NCBI GenBank assembly: GCA_030390025.1
Contig: CM059432.1
Span: 61,382,001 to 61,446,000, forward strand
Direction: 5' to 3'
From: Squalus acanthias
Lineage: Eukaryota
DNA length: 64,000 nucleotides
Shown one piece after another: positions 13,200 through 26,313 of the stretch. Below the pieces are notes generated by a model. The model did no database searches and had not been told where the DNA came from. It worked only from the letters and a program-made list of their open reading frames with translations. A program made the position numbers and the translations under genes. How positions within the stretch are numbered: position 1 is the stretch's first letter; every line of letters starts with the position of its first letter.

Positions 13200-13639
13200 T
13201 AGAAACATAGAAACATAGAAACATAGAATCTAGGAGCAGGAGTAGGCCATTCGGCCCGTCGAGCCTGCTCCGCCATTCAATACGATCATGGCTGATCATC
13301 CAAATCCAGTACCCTGTCCCTGCTTTAATCCCCACAGTACACATATCCCACCCTACCCCCGTAACCCCACGTATTTAATTCCCCCTAACATATCCCATCC
13401 TATCCCCATAACCCCACATATTTAATCCCCCCCTAACACTAAGGGTCAATTTATCATAGCCAAATCAACCTAACCCACACATTTTTGGACTGTGGGAGGA
13501 AACCGGAGCACCCGGAGGAAACCCACGCAGACACGGGGAGAATGTGCAAACTCCACACAGACAGTCACCCGAGGTCAGATTCGAACCCGGGTCTCTGGCG
13601 CTGTGAGGCACCAGTGCTAACCACTATGCCACCGTGCTG
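13200..13639 (-). mobile_element. HE1-like V-SINE (tRNA head, V domain, CR1-derived tail)
   Basis: B-box (gggttcgaatc on minus), V-domain core ggaggaaaccggagcacccggaggaaacccacgcagacacgggg, (catagaaa)n tail, TSD ctaaca at 13194-13199 and 13640-13645. Confidence 0.85.
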
Positions 13640-14097
13640 CTAACACAGGACCTATGAACCCATTTGTAAGACTCCCTACTGCTGCACCTGATGAGATCAG
13701 CAAATTTAGTACAGGTTTGAACTTGGTTCTTGGCCTGTATGGCTCAGCTACTCGCTAGATAAATTTGTTGAACCATGAGGGAACCACCTTAATGAGTATG
13801 TTGCAGAAGGTAAACAATAATTATACTATGATAAAGGAGGGTAACTTTGTAGGACAAGATTTTTATCTAAGTAAATGCTATACTGTAGAATGATTCCAAA
13901 TGCTATAACTCATTCTAAATAGTAGTACTTCTGGATTTAGCAAATTTCAAACTAATTTCCATGATTATTGATTTTGAAATATACACCTGCCCTGCCTGGA
14001 TAACATCTTTAACAATGAAATATCCCTGAAGAAATAACAAATAGTGTACCAGAACATTACATTATTATACAAAATTAGGCTGTAAAATTGGAATGGG

Positions 14098-14267
14098 AAT
14101 AAAAAGAAAAAATACAAATGCTGAAAATGCAAAGTGGACCAGCCAGCATCCTAAATTAGATTAATGTTTCAGATGCATTCTGATGAAGAGTCATGCGTGA
14201 ATCATTAACCTTTCTTTCTGTTTCAGATGCAGACCAACACTTTCTGCTTTTAAGTAAAATGTGAATG
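14098..14267. mobile_element. Old Penelope-derived inverted-end remnant with a degenerate hammerhead
   Basis: Resembles 63749-63869. Core ctgatgaagagtc; attggaatggg flanks both sides (14087-14097, 14268-14278). Confidence 0.5.
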
Positions 14268-14614
14268 ATTGGAATGGGGCACCCAAGCTGTGAAATTTCC
14301 ATTAAAATGAGCTGAGATAATGGACAAGACAAGACAGAACAACAACAACAACTTATATTTATATACCACCTTTAACGTAATAAAACGTCCCAGGTTTAGA
14401 ACAGGTTTACTTCCTATTGGGCATGATTACCCTATTCACATTTAGTGCAATTCAGGTAAGTTTATGGAAGACCTCTCAATGAGCTATTGCCCACACTTAA
14501 TACACAAACACTGGGGAGAAATTGGACTTTGTTTCATCTGTTTTTCAGGCATAAAACAGGGGCAAAAAAGACCAATTTTGTGCCAAAATGGTGCCTGAAA
14601 CCCATTTCTCCCAC

Positions 14615-14980
14615 ACCAGTCTTTGAGCCACGCATTCATCTCTCTAATTTTATTTACCCTATGCCAATTTGCTCGTGGCTCAGGTAATAATGCAGACATT
14701 ATTACCCTTGAGGTTCTGCTTTTTAATTTAGCCCCTAGCTGCTCATACTCTCAGCAGAACCTCTTTCCTAGTTCTACCTATGTCGTTGGTACCTACGTGG
14801 ACCACAACCACTGGCTCCTCCCCCTCCCACTGCAAGTTCCTCTCCAGCCCAGAGCAGATGTCCCGAACCCTGGCACCGGGCAGCCAACACAGCCATCTGG
14901 ACTCTCGCTCTTGGCCACACAAAACTGTATCTATCCCCTGACTATGCTGTCCCCTATTACCACTACATTCCTATTAACAC
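14615..14980 (-). mobile_element. CR1 ORF1 esterase (SGNH-like) fragment
   Basis: ALLPEPRANWHRVNKIREMNAWLKDWCGRNGF, homologous to 28360-28470. Confidence 0.75.
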
Positions 14981-15016
14981 CCTACATTAAGGTAACTTGT
15001 TTCACTTAGCTTAATG

Positions 15017-16281
15017 TAGGGTGACCATATTTTCTAAACCGAATCCGGGGACAAGCTGGGTGGGAGCACAGCAAAGTAGCCAGGACCGAAAATGTAGGTT
15101 GTGCAGCATAGTGAGCCAATTTTTTTTGTTTTTTTGATGCAAACTGAATCTGCAAAAAGCAGCGCCAGAACTTTCTGCCTGAATAATGCGGCCACTGTTC
15201 ACAGCTTCTGCCGGCCACAATCATCGGCTCCTCCCCTTCCGCACAGCCCGACACTCACCCACACCATCCGAGGCCGCGGAGTGTGCTCTGATCCGGCTCT
15301 CGGGTCATCCACATGACCCGGCTCCAGCCGCCGCTCATTAGTCTGATTACCAGCGGCCCCCCATTACTCGGACATTTTGGCTCTGGTGCCAATTTCTCTT
15401 CAACCAAATTTCACAGGACTATCTGGGGATTCGGTGGGGTGGGTGGGGGAGCACAGTACTGCGGCCATAGAGCGCGATCTCTGCATAAATTAAAGTACCT
15501 CAGTGAGTCCACCCCTTCTACTGGTTGAAAACAGGAGATTGACAGCCCTGCCACCAATCAGAACCCGCCCCGCCACACAGCCCCACACACCTTATTGACC
15601 GACTGCAGGGCTGCTCGGGATCACATGGCTCCTGATTTGAATCTGCACATATTCGGGAACGAGTTTCCTGAACTGGGGACTCTTTTGGGAACATTTTTAA
15701 AAATTCATTCATGGGATGGGGGCATCGCTGGCAAACCCAGCATTTATTGCCCATCCCTAGTTGCCCTTAAGAAGGTGGTGGTGAGCCGCCATTTTACAGG
15801 GCAGTTAAGAGTCAACCACATTGTGGGTCTGGAGTCACATATAGGCCAAACTGGGTAAGGACGGCAGATTTCCTTCCCCATTAGTGAACCAGTTGGGTTT
15901 TTATGACAATGCAGTAGTTTCACGGTCACCATTACTGATACAAGCTTTTTATTCCAGATTTATTTAATTAACTGAATTTAAATTCCCCAGCTGCCATGGT
16001 GGGATTTGAATTCATGTCTCCGGATCATATTAGTCCAGGCCTCTGGACTAGTCCAGGATTGTTAGGCAGTTATGACTATCCTGGTGGTCATGGAAAGCAT
16101 ACAATATTTATACATGCAAGTGTATTTTAGCCAGTAACATAACCACGATGCTACCATTTCCAGTACATTTGAAATGGGTGTCCAGGATTGTTAGGCACCA
16201 TCCTGGTGGTCATGGAAAGGGTTGTTTGCCCAGAGACACAGTCCCTCATTCGGGGACTGTCCCCGGAAAATGGTCACCCTA
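15017..16281. mobile_element. Non-autonomous hAT (Blackjack-like) element with a nested SINE
   Basis: TIR tagggtgaccat / atggtcacccta; imperfect 8-bp TSD gcttaatg / ccttaata. Confidence 0.7.
15696..16157 (-). mobile_element. tRNA-headed SINE made of the 5' and 3' ends of the LINE at 19870-24350
   Basis: Left part matches the LINE 3' end (19870-19960). Right part matches the LINE 5' end (24100-24350) with a B-box-like ttcaaatccc on minus. Confidence 0.75.
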
Positions 16282-16949
16282 CCTTAATATGCTCCACCTG
16301 GCTCCACAGCAATACTGCGGCTGCTACCAGTCTGCGCTCAACATCCCCTTCCGTTTACCTGCTTGCCCCCAGGACCTACCTGATGACTGCTGCCACAGTC
16401 CAAGCCGGACGATCTTGCTTTGGGCCCAACTGATGAGTAGCATTGTGATGCCTGATTGGCACCCGCAGTTCACCACTTTCATGATAATGAGGCCTGAGGA
16501 CCAGTTTCTGACCATCTTGGGGCCGACCTCTTCGGGCGCTCGTTGTAGTTGCGTTGCCCATTTCGCAGCAGTGGTCGGACGCTAACCAATTTCTTCTCCT
16601 GTATGTAGCAAAGATCACCTTGGTCTGTGTGTACCAATTTATCTTAGAGAACCATTTTAAATACCTTTCTGTTCAATCTATGTTACATTAAAAATCTTAC
16701 ACCGGTCCCCACTTCCTGTCTACAACTCTTTACCTCCTGTTGTCACATTTCTGTCAGACTTTTGTGTCAGTTTTTTCCATGATAAATTTCTATGCCCACA
16801 TTTATAATGGAAACTGTCTATGTAAAATTGTCACTTTGTAATTATACCCTCCTAACACTGGTGGGAATTAGCACTCCTGGCTATTTGGCATGTACTGCAT
16901 TCTTACTGTACGACAGAATTCCTCTAGTGTGGTTGATTGCTCCCACATG

Positions 16950-17520
16950 GTCATACGTGCCCCTTTTCACATGCAATAAACTACTTGACAGGAAAGGGAT
17001 CCACTCACTGAATATGCAGCTGGTTTCCGACCACAACCACCAATTCCTAAATGTTAATGCATGTTTTTCTGGAACCTGCCATGATTCATTCATTTTGAGA
17101 CAGTCCACCATACCACCACGCTGCTGTAGAAGACAAGTGTCTAGGTGGATCCTTGGAGCTTAGGGCTACCCTTTGCAGCAATAGCTGATGCCACTAGTTT
17201 AGGTTGCTAGGACATCAGCTGAGCATTGTTACAATAAGATCCACTGCACCACTGGAATAATAATTGAGAAGACAATCAGTACTCTGGAGATGTATTTCAG
17301 ATGCTCAAACGACTGGTGGAGCACACCAGTATATTCCTGCCAGGGTGTTCCAGGATACTCCTTCCAGGGTGTTAAGAATCATGACGGTGGCCTCCTCATG
17401 CATATCCTGGAGGAAGATGAGGAAAAACTGCAAGGGCAGCAGGGTAATCGGGCAAGCAAAAACCTGCTGAAAGGAAGAGGTTGCAGATGACAACCCTTTG
17501 CTGACTGCAAAACATATCTG
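16950..17520 (+). pseudogene. Harbinger (HARBI1-like) DDE transposase fossil
   Basis: RKGIHSLNMQLVSDH..FLNVNACFSGTCHDSFILRQS, then GYPL, IEKTISTL..FRC, with multiple stops. Confidence 0.8.
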
Positions 17521-17563
17521 AGCGTAGCTAATCCGAGACACCGTTACCTAAATATGATCACTG

Positions 17564-18601
17564 CAAGAACAGTCCTGTCTCCATGTTCCCTCTTTCCAAA
17601 AACAATTGATATGTCCACATTTGGCTATCAGAAACAAGTTTCATCGCTACCATTTCTGACAGAGGGACTGGCGGATCAGCTTCTAAGTCTCGCTGGTGGG
17701 CGTGTGTGCTGCGAGGAGGATGGCGAGAAACTCCAGGATGATTTGGACAGGTTGGATGATTGGGCAGAAGCGTGGCAGATGCAATATAACGTGGATAAAT
17801 GCGAGGTAATCCACTTTGGTGTCAAAAACAGAAAGGCAGATTATTATCTGAATGGCAATAGATTGGGAGAAGGGGAAGTGCAACGAGACCTGGGTGTCCT
17901 TGTGCACCAGTCGCTGAAGGTAAGCATGCAGGTGCAGCAGGTGGTTAAGAAGGCAAATGGTATGTTGGCCTTCATAGCGAGAGGGTTTGAGTACAGGAAC
18001 AAGGATGTCTTGCTGCAGTTGTACAGGGCCTTGGTGAGACCACACCTTGAGTAGTGTGTGCAGTTTTGGTCGCCTTATCTGAGGAAGGATGTTCTTGCCA
18101 TGGAAGGAGTTCAGCGAAGATTCACAAGGCTGATACCTGGGATGGCAGGAATGACGTATGAAGAGAGATTGGGTCGATTGGGCTTATACTCGCTGGAGTT
18201 TAGAAGAATGAGAGGGGATCTCATTGAAACTTATAAAATTCTGACAGGACAGGACAAACTAGATGCAGGAAGGATGTTCCCGATGGTCGGGGAGTCCAGA
18301 ACCAGGGGTCACAGTCTAAGGATAAGGGGTAAGCCATTTAGGACAGAAATGAGGAGGAATTTCTTCACCCAGAGAGTGGTGAACCTGTGGAATTCTCTGC
18401 CACAGAAGGCAGTAGAGGTCAATTCATTAAATAGATTCAAGAAGGAGTTAGATATATTTCTTAAGGCTAAAGGGATCAAGGGATATGGGGAGAAAGCAGG
18501 GACAGGGTACTGAATTTGGATGATCAGCCATGATCGCATTGAATGGCGGAGCAGGCTAGAGGGGCCGAATGGCCTACTCCTGCTCCTATCTTCTATGATT
18601 C
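17564..18601 (+). mobile_element. Young 5'-truncated CR1 with ~125 bp of extra 5' sequence
   Basis: RT C-terminus nearly intact (one stop at 18052). TSD tatgatcactg at 17553-17563 and 18602-18612. Confidence 0.85.
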
Positions 18602-21157
18602 TATGATCACTGTAATGCTACCACATTTTTGGTGCAAAAAGATCATTGTATCTCCGTACACTTCCTTTGCGCTGTTTTCCCCCTTGGCGCCTGCAATTTT
18701 ATACCCTTTCATTCTTAACTTGCTGCTTCTCATCAGTGCTCTCTCAGTGGCAGAAGATAGAGAAGTGGTTGGCCAGTGCTTTCTCAAGACCTCTGAGAAC
18801 CCAGAGGGCCTGCTGCATCTCATGCTGCTGCAAGAACAGCCTAGCCCTGGCTGCTTTCTGTCACATGTGCAAGAATCTGAGGGTACTTTCAGGAAGGCAT
18901 ACTCATGGTACTGTCCTGAAGACAGCAGCATCATAGTAGCACACAGCTGCCAGGCCACTAGTACTGGGCCTTGGCTCTGGTAGGCCTCTGATCAGCAGGA
19001 AAGCTGGCAATAAGATCATTAAATGCCACAGAAATATTTGTCTGACTTCCAACCCCAATCTCTTGAAGGTTAAAAGAGACAGCCCTCTCCACTCTGGCAC
19101 CCAAGGCTTCTATGACAACAGTCACAGCTTACATGCCAGAAAGTATGACTGTCCTTAGCTCCTCTGTTGGGAGGAATGCTCCTGCAGATCATTCTGGAGT
19201 TACCATAGACTCCAGGGTACACTGCAGTGCTCCACTCACATCCATCATAATGCTAAATGTGCAATTAATGACAATTAATGGACACCTCCAACTGAGCCAA
19301 TATCTTTAGAACATTTTGCGACATAATCTCCAGTGCCTGTACATACATTTGATGCTTTGCAAGCAATGGAGGACAACAAAAGCAACTTTAATTTAAATGT
19401 AAAAAATGTCTCCTGGCAATTCACAGATAAGCATATAAAAATGGATGCTGAGCCAGGAAAGGAGCGATTAGGAAGGGGACCAAAAATTGGCCAAAGAGAT
19501 GGGTTTTGAGGATATTTTTAAAGGAGGAAAGAGAGGTGGTGAGGCAGAAAGGTTTGGGGAGGGAATTCCAGAGTGATGGACCCAGGTGACTGAAGGCTCT
19601 GTTTCTAGTGGTGGGGGCAAACGTAGAGAGGGATGTTCAAGAGGCCAGAGTCAAATGAATGGACAATTTGAGGACATTCAGCTGGAGTATTGTGTCCAAT
19701 TTTGGGAACCAGACTTTAGGAAAGATGATAAAGCCTTGGAGAGGGTGCACAGGAGATTTACTAGATGGTACCAGGGATGAGGGACTTCAGTTATGTGGAG
19801 AGACTGGAGAAGCTGGGGTTGTTCTCCTTCGAGCAGAGAAACTTAAGAGGAGATTTGATAGAAGTGTATTTTTTTATTCGTTCCTGGGATGTGGGCGTCG
19901 TTGGCAAGGCCAGCATTTATTGCTAATCCCTAATTGCCCTTGAGAAGGTGGCGGTGAGCCGCCTTCTGGAACTGCTGCAGTCCATGTGGTGAAGGTCCTC
20001 TCATAGTGCTGTTAGGGAGGGAGTTCTAGGATTCTGATCCAGCAACGATGAAGGAACGGCGATATATTTCCAACTCAGAATGGTGTATGACTTGGAAGGG
20101 GACATGGAGGTGATGGTGTTCCCATGTGCCTGCTGCCCTTGTCCTTCTAGGTGTTAGAGGTCGCAGGTTTGGGAGGTGCTGTCGAAGAAGCCTTGGCGAG
20201 TTGCTGCAGTTCATCTTGTAGATGGTTCACACTGCAGCCACGGTGCGCCGATGGTGGAGGGAATGAATGTTTAAGGTGGTGGATTGGGGGGGGCAATCAA
20301 GCCGGCTGCTTTGTCCTGGATGGTGTTGAGCTTCTTGAGTGTTGTTGGAGCTGCACTCCTCCAGGCAAGTGGAGAGTATTCCATCACACTCCTGACTTGT
20401 GCCTTGTACATAGTGGAAAGGCTTTGGGAATTCAGGAGGTGAGACACCCAGCCTCTGACCTGCTCTTGTTGCCACAGTATTTATGTGGCTGGTCCAGTTA
20501 AGTTTCTGGTCAATGGTGACCCCAGGATGTTGATGGTGAGGGATTCGGCAATGATAATGCCATTGAATGTCAAGGGGAGGTGGTTAGACTCTCGCTTGTT
20601 TGAAATAGTCACTGCCTGGCACTTGTGTGGCGCAAATGTTACCTGCCACTTATCAGCCCAAGCCTGAATGTTGTCCAGGTCTTGCTGCATGCGGGCACGG
20701 TCTGCTTCATTATCTGAGAAGTTGCGAATGGAACTGAACACTGTGCAATTATCAGCGAACATCCCCACTTCTGGCCTTATGATGGACGGAAGGTCATTGA
20801 TGAAGCAGCTGAAGATGATTGGGCCTAGAACACAACCATCTTCCTTTGTGCTCGGTATGACTCCAGCCAGTGGAGAGATTTCCCACTGATTCCAACTGAC
20901 TTCAATTTTGCTAGGGCTCCTTGATGCCACACTCGGTCAAATGCTACCTTGATGTCAATGGCAGTCACTCTCACCTCACCTCTGAAATTCAGCTCTTTCG
21001 TCCATGTTTGGACCAAGGCTGTAATGAGGTCTGGAGCTGAGTGGTCCTGGCAGAACCCAAACTGAACATAGGTGAGTAGGTTATTGGTGAGTAAGTGCTG
21101 CTTGATAGCACTGTCAACAACACCTTCCATCACTTTTCTGATGATTGACAGTAAACT

Positions 21158-22390
21158 CTTCTTCTTCTTAGGCAGTCCCTCGGAACCGAGGATGACTTGC
21201 TTCCACATTAAAAATGAGTTCGCAGGTGACTAATGAGTCCAATGCGGGACCTACAGTCTCTGTCACAGGTGGGGCAGACGGTGGTTGAAGGGGCGGGTGG
21301 GTGGGGTGCTTGGGTTGACGTGCGCTCCTTGCGCTGCCTGCGCTTGGCTTCCGTTTGCTCCCGGCGAATAGACTCCAGGTGTTCAGCGTCTTCCCGGATG
21401 CTTCTCCTCCACTTTGTGCGGTCTTGGGCCAGGGATTCCCAGGTGTCGGTGGGGATGTTACACTTTTTCAAGGAGGTTTTGAGGGTGTCCTTGAAGCGTT
21501 TCTTCTGCCCACCTGGGGCTCTCTTGCCGTGCCGGAGCTCCGAGTAGAGCGCTTGTTTTGGGAGTCTCGTATCGGGCATGCGGACAATGTGACCTTGTGG
21601 TGGAACCGTTGGTCAGGATCACGGCTTGCATGTCGTAATGAAGCAGGCGGAGGATGGTGACAAACTTTTGAGGGCAGCCGAATTTGAGGGGGACACTCCA
21701 TAATCCCTCACGGTTGACAGTGTCGAAGGCCTTTGTGAGATCAAAGAAGGCCATGTACAGCGGTTGGTGCTGTTCCCTGCATTTCTCTTGTAATTGACGT
21801 GCGGTGAAGATCATGTCCATTGTGCCCCTTAGTGGGTGGAATCCGCATTGCGACTCTGGGAGGAGCTCTTCGGCCACTGGGAGAAGGCGATTGAGGAGAA
21901 TTCTTGCGATGACTTTCCCTGTGGCAGACAGCAGGGAAACTCCTCTGTAATTATTGCAATCGGACTTGTCACCTTTCTTGAAGATGGTCACAATTAAGGC
22001 GTCTCTGAGATCCTCTGGCATGCTCTCCTCCTTCCAGATAAGAGAAATGAGTTCCAGTAGTGCTTCTCCGCCATGCTTTAGTGCCTCGGCTGGGATTCCA
22101 TCTGCTCCTGAGGCCTTGTTGTTCTTCAGTTGTCGGATGGCCTTTTCAACCTCATGCTGGGCTGGGGTTGTGCTGAGATGGTGGCGGGTAGCATGCTGCG
22201 GGATGCAGTTGAGGACACTCGGGTCGAAGACAGAGTCTCAGTTAAGGAGATCTTTGAAGTGCTCCTTCCAGCGGGCACTGACTGTCTCTCTGTCCTTGAT
22301 GAGTACCTCTCCGTTCTTGGCCCGCAGTGGGGTAGGGCCTTGGGTGCTTGGGCCATAGATGGTCTTGACTGCGCTAAAGAATCCATGCAC
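21158..22390 (-). mobile_element. RTE-clade LINE fragment with internal deletion
   Basis: KKGDKSDCNNYRGVSLL, ESQCGF, FFDLTKAFDTV, C-terminal CPTC..HLRTH, (gaa)n tail. Confidence 0.9.
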
Positions 22391-23296
22391 TGATGGGCTG
22401 GTAATTAGCCAGATTGGATTTGTCCTGCTATTTATGGACAGGATATACCTGGGCAGTTTTCCACATTGTCGGGTAGATGCGAGTGTTGTAGCTGTACTGG
22501 AACAGCTGGACTAGTGGCATGGCTAGTTCTGGAGCATCAGTCTTCAGCACGACAGCTGGGATGTTGTCGGAGCCCATAGCCTTTGCTGTATCCAGTGCGC
22601 TCATCCGTTTCTTCATATCATGTGGAGTGTATCGAATTGGCTGAAGCCTGGCTTCTGTGATGATGGGGACCTCAGGAGGAGGCCAAAATGAATCATCCAC
22701 TCCGCACTTCTTGCTGAGAATGGTTGCAAACGCTTCAGCCTTGTCTTTTGCACTCGCATGCTGGGCTCCGTCATCATTGAGGATGGAGATGTTCATGGAG
22801 CCTCCTCCTCCCATTAGTTGTTTAATTGTCCACAACCATTCAAGACTGGATATGGCAGGACTGCAGAGCTTTGATCTGATCCCTGGGTGTGGGATCGCTT
22901 AGCTCTGTCTATAGCATGCTGCTTCCACTGTTTAGCGTGCAGTGTTTAGCATGTGTTGCAGCTTCCCCAGGTTGGCACCTCATTTTTAGGTATGCCTGGT
23001 GCTGCTCCTGGCATGCTGTTCTACACTCCTCATTGAACCAGGGTTGGTCCCCTGGCTTGATGGTAATGGTAGAGTGAGGGGTATGCCAGTCCATGAGGTT
23101 ACAGATTGTGGTGGAATACAATTCTGCTGCTGTTGATGGTCCACAGCACCTCATATATGACCAGTTTTGAGCTGCTAGATCTGTTCTGAATCGATCCCAT
23201 TTAGCACGGTGGTAATGCCACACAACACGATAGAGGGTGTCCTCAGTGTGAACACGGGACTTTGTCTCCACAAGGACTGTGCAGTGGTTACTCCTA

Positions 23297-23410
23297 AGAA
23301 AGAAAGACTTGCATTTATATAGCGCCTTTCACGACCACCGGAAGTTTCAAAGCACTTTACAGCCAATGAAGTACTTTTGAAGTGGAGTCACTGTTGTAAT
23401 GTGGGAACCA
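23297..23410 (-). mobile_element. SINE 3' tail fragment (Deu/L2-tail type)
   Basis: ttgcatttatatagcgcctttcacgacc...agccaatgaagtact is shared with 52275-52630. Confidence 0.6.
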
Positions 23411-24629
23411 ATACTGTCATGGACAGATATACCTGCGACAGGTAGATTGGTGAGAACATAAGTTTTTCCCTCATTTTGGTTCTCTCTCCATCTGCTGCAA
23501 GCCCATTCTGGCAGCTGTGCCCTTCGTTCAGCTCGATCAGTAGTGGTGCTACCGAGCCACCCTTGGTGATGGACATTGGAAATGGTTGCAAATGCCTTGG
23601 ACATTCTGTGCCCTAGCTACCCTCAGTGCTTCTTCCAAGTGGTGTTCAACATGAAGGAGTACAGATTCATCATTAGTGAGGGAGGGCGGTGGTAATCAGC
23701 ATGAGGTTTCCTTGCCCATGTTTGACCTGATGCCGTGAGACTTCATGGGGTCTGGAGTCAATGTTGAGGACTCCCAGGGCCACTCCCTCCTGCTTGTATA
23801 CCACTGTGCCGCCACTTCTGGTGGGTCGGTCCTGTCGGTGAGACAGAATATATCCAGGGATGGTGATGGAGGAGTCTGGGATGTTGGCTGAAAGGTATGA
23901 TTCTGTGAGTATGACTAAGTCAGGTTGTTGCTTGGTGGAACTCTCCCACAAGTTCCCAGATGTTAGTGAGGAGGACTTTGCAGGGCCGACTGGGTTGAGT
24001 TGTGTCAGAATCCGGTGCCTAGGTCAATACCAGGTGATCTGACTGTTTTTTTCTTATTATTGTTTTTCGTAGTCGTTTGTTACAACTGAGTGGCTGGCTA
24101 GGCCATTTCAGAGGGCAGTTAAGAGTCAACCACTTTGCTGTGGGTCTGAAGTCACATATAGGCCAGATTTTCTTCCCTAAATGACCAGATGGGTTTTTAC
24201 AACAATCCGGTAGTTTCATGGTCACCATTACTGATACTAGCTTTTAATTCCAGATTTATTTAATAAACTGAATTTAAATTCCACAGCTGCCGTGGTGGGA
24301 TTTGAACTCATGTCTCCGGATCATTAGTCCAGGCCGCTGGACTAGTCCAGGATTGTTAGGCAGTTATGACTATCCTGGTGGTCATGGAAAGCATACAGTA
24401 TTAAGACATGCAAGTGTATTTTAGCCACTTCTTAACCATTTTTTAATTTTCTTCCTTTTTTGCCATTTAAGTTCTCGTGAGCCTTTGCACCAATTGTTAT
24501 AAGCTAATTTTTTTCTTCCCCCAGCCACATGACTGGTATCAATAGATTTCCCAGTGAGAATTTCTTTATTTGACAAGTTTGTAAAGAGGGATGCCAGGCA
24601 AGTCAGGCTGCAGCAACTCACTCACTGGT

Positions 24630-25300
24630 ACTGCACACTAGAATATACAGTTCTCCTTGGAGTTGCACTTCAACAAGCAAGCCATTAATGAGTTATCCCA
24701 CATACTGTCACACGATCCTCAGCCCACCACCACCACCAGAGGTACCACACTGTCAGTGGATATAAAGGTCATAACTGGCTAAAACTTTCCAGGCTGCTGC
24801 TGGGGCATCACTAACATTAGCCAATCAGCTGTGTACATATGCATAAACTAAGTCACAGCTACATTGTTCGATACAGCAAGCCATTTCATCCACTTTCCCA
24901 AGGACAACTGGCAACAGTGTCATGCAATTTCACAAAATGACTGCATTCCCAAAGATCCAATAAATCATAGATTGCAAGCAGATGACCATCACATATGTGA
25001 ATAGGAAAGGATTCCACTCTCTTGACATGTGTTTGCGACCAGCAGTATTGTAAAATGCAGATTAATGCTCTTTTTCCTGGTGGCTGCCACTATGCCTTCA
25101 CTTTAAGGCATTCCATCATCTCAACACTCTTTAACCCTGAAAGGCAAGTCTCTGGTATTGCTACTATGAGATCAAGATTACTCTTTACAGCCATATCTGA
25201 TGCTTCTTTCTGCTTCATCCTAAGGTACATCTAGAGGAGGAATAGAGGAAAGGATCAATTGCCATGGAGCTGATTTCTCGTGACTTTCAGTCGGAAGAAT
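24630..25300 (+). pseudogene. Harbinger transposase fossil
   Basis: Degenerate LSVDIKVIT, ISQSAVYICI, NRKGFHSL, FPGGCHYAFTLRHS. Confidence 0.7.
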
Positions 25301-26313
25301 GACAGCAAGTATTCATGATCTAGTTTGCTGAAGGGTAATGCAAGGTACCATAGGGTGAGATGGAAGTCAAGTAGAATGCCCTGACAAACTTCCAGCTGGC
25401 ACCTGCCCTCCTACTTCCTTATCTCCGACCTCCTCTAATTCCTTCCTCCTAGGAGCTCTAATGCCATCTGCTTATAAAGGGTGAGAAGGCAGAAGCCTGG
25501 TGGTTCACCACATGTAGCTAATCTCGCTGTTATTATGGGCTGTCTCCTCTTTTAAAAGAAATGCAAAAAGTGAGAATGCTGTCTAGTTGGCGTGAGGTAC
25601 AAACAAACCCAGGTGTCAGCAATGAGCAGCGGAGGAGGAACGGACCTAACTGGGACCGGAGCAGAGGCAGGAAATAAAGAGCATGGTCGGAGAGGGCCCA
25701 AACTCACTGTGAGCAGCGGAGGAGGAGCAGACCTAACTGGGATCAGAGCAGAGAGAGAAAAAAAATCAAGGAGTGACAGCACAGGACAGCAGGTAGGTGA
25801 TTGGTTGGTGAGAATTAGAGCATTTTTTTTGTCTCTAACCTAGTGCAGTGTTTTAAACTAAGAGCTGGGGAACAATAACTAATACTTTATTAAATTAATA
25901 ACTTAACTAGATAAACTAATTAATTAATATAACTCTAAACTATCACTTGATTACAAACTTTAACTAATTTAAATAAGCATATAAATAAAAAACTCTAGAG
26001 ATGGCAGGGCAGGCTACGTGTCCGGACTGTAATATGTGGAGTTTGTGAACAGCGAGACTGTCCCAGATTCCCACATCTGCAGGAAATGTCTCTGCCTTCA
26101 GTCACTCTGGCTCAGAGTCATTGAGCTGGAGTGTGAGTTCGAGAAACTCCAAAACATAATGGAGGGGGAGGAATTTCTGGACAGTTTTATCCAGAATACA
26201 GTCACACCCCAGAGGAAAGCACAGGTTAAGGAATGGGAGGGTGTGACTGCTAGGGAGACGGGTAGTGGGGACTTTCGAGAAGTTGAGAAGGAAGTCCTGC
26301 AGACACTGGTCTT

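Larger units (their letters stand above)
19870..24350 (-). mobile_element. Near full-length decayed LINE (APE + RT, no ORF1 seen, tRNA-like 5' head); clade uncertain
   Basis: EN: PDLVILTESYL..IPGY..RQDRPTRSGG. RT: DIKVAFDRVWH, LGPIIFSCFINDL, FADN. Interrupted by an RTE and a SINE tail. Confidence 0.8.

Noticed and set aside
13570..13640. Genuine tRNA gene
   Set aside because: The A and B boxes belong to a SINE head attached to a V domain and CR1 tail. The same applies to the heads near 16000, 24300, 33540 and 52600.
16950..17520. Domesticated HARBI1 gene
   Set aside because: Multiple stops and frameshifts, and several similar fossils in the window, point to dead transposons.
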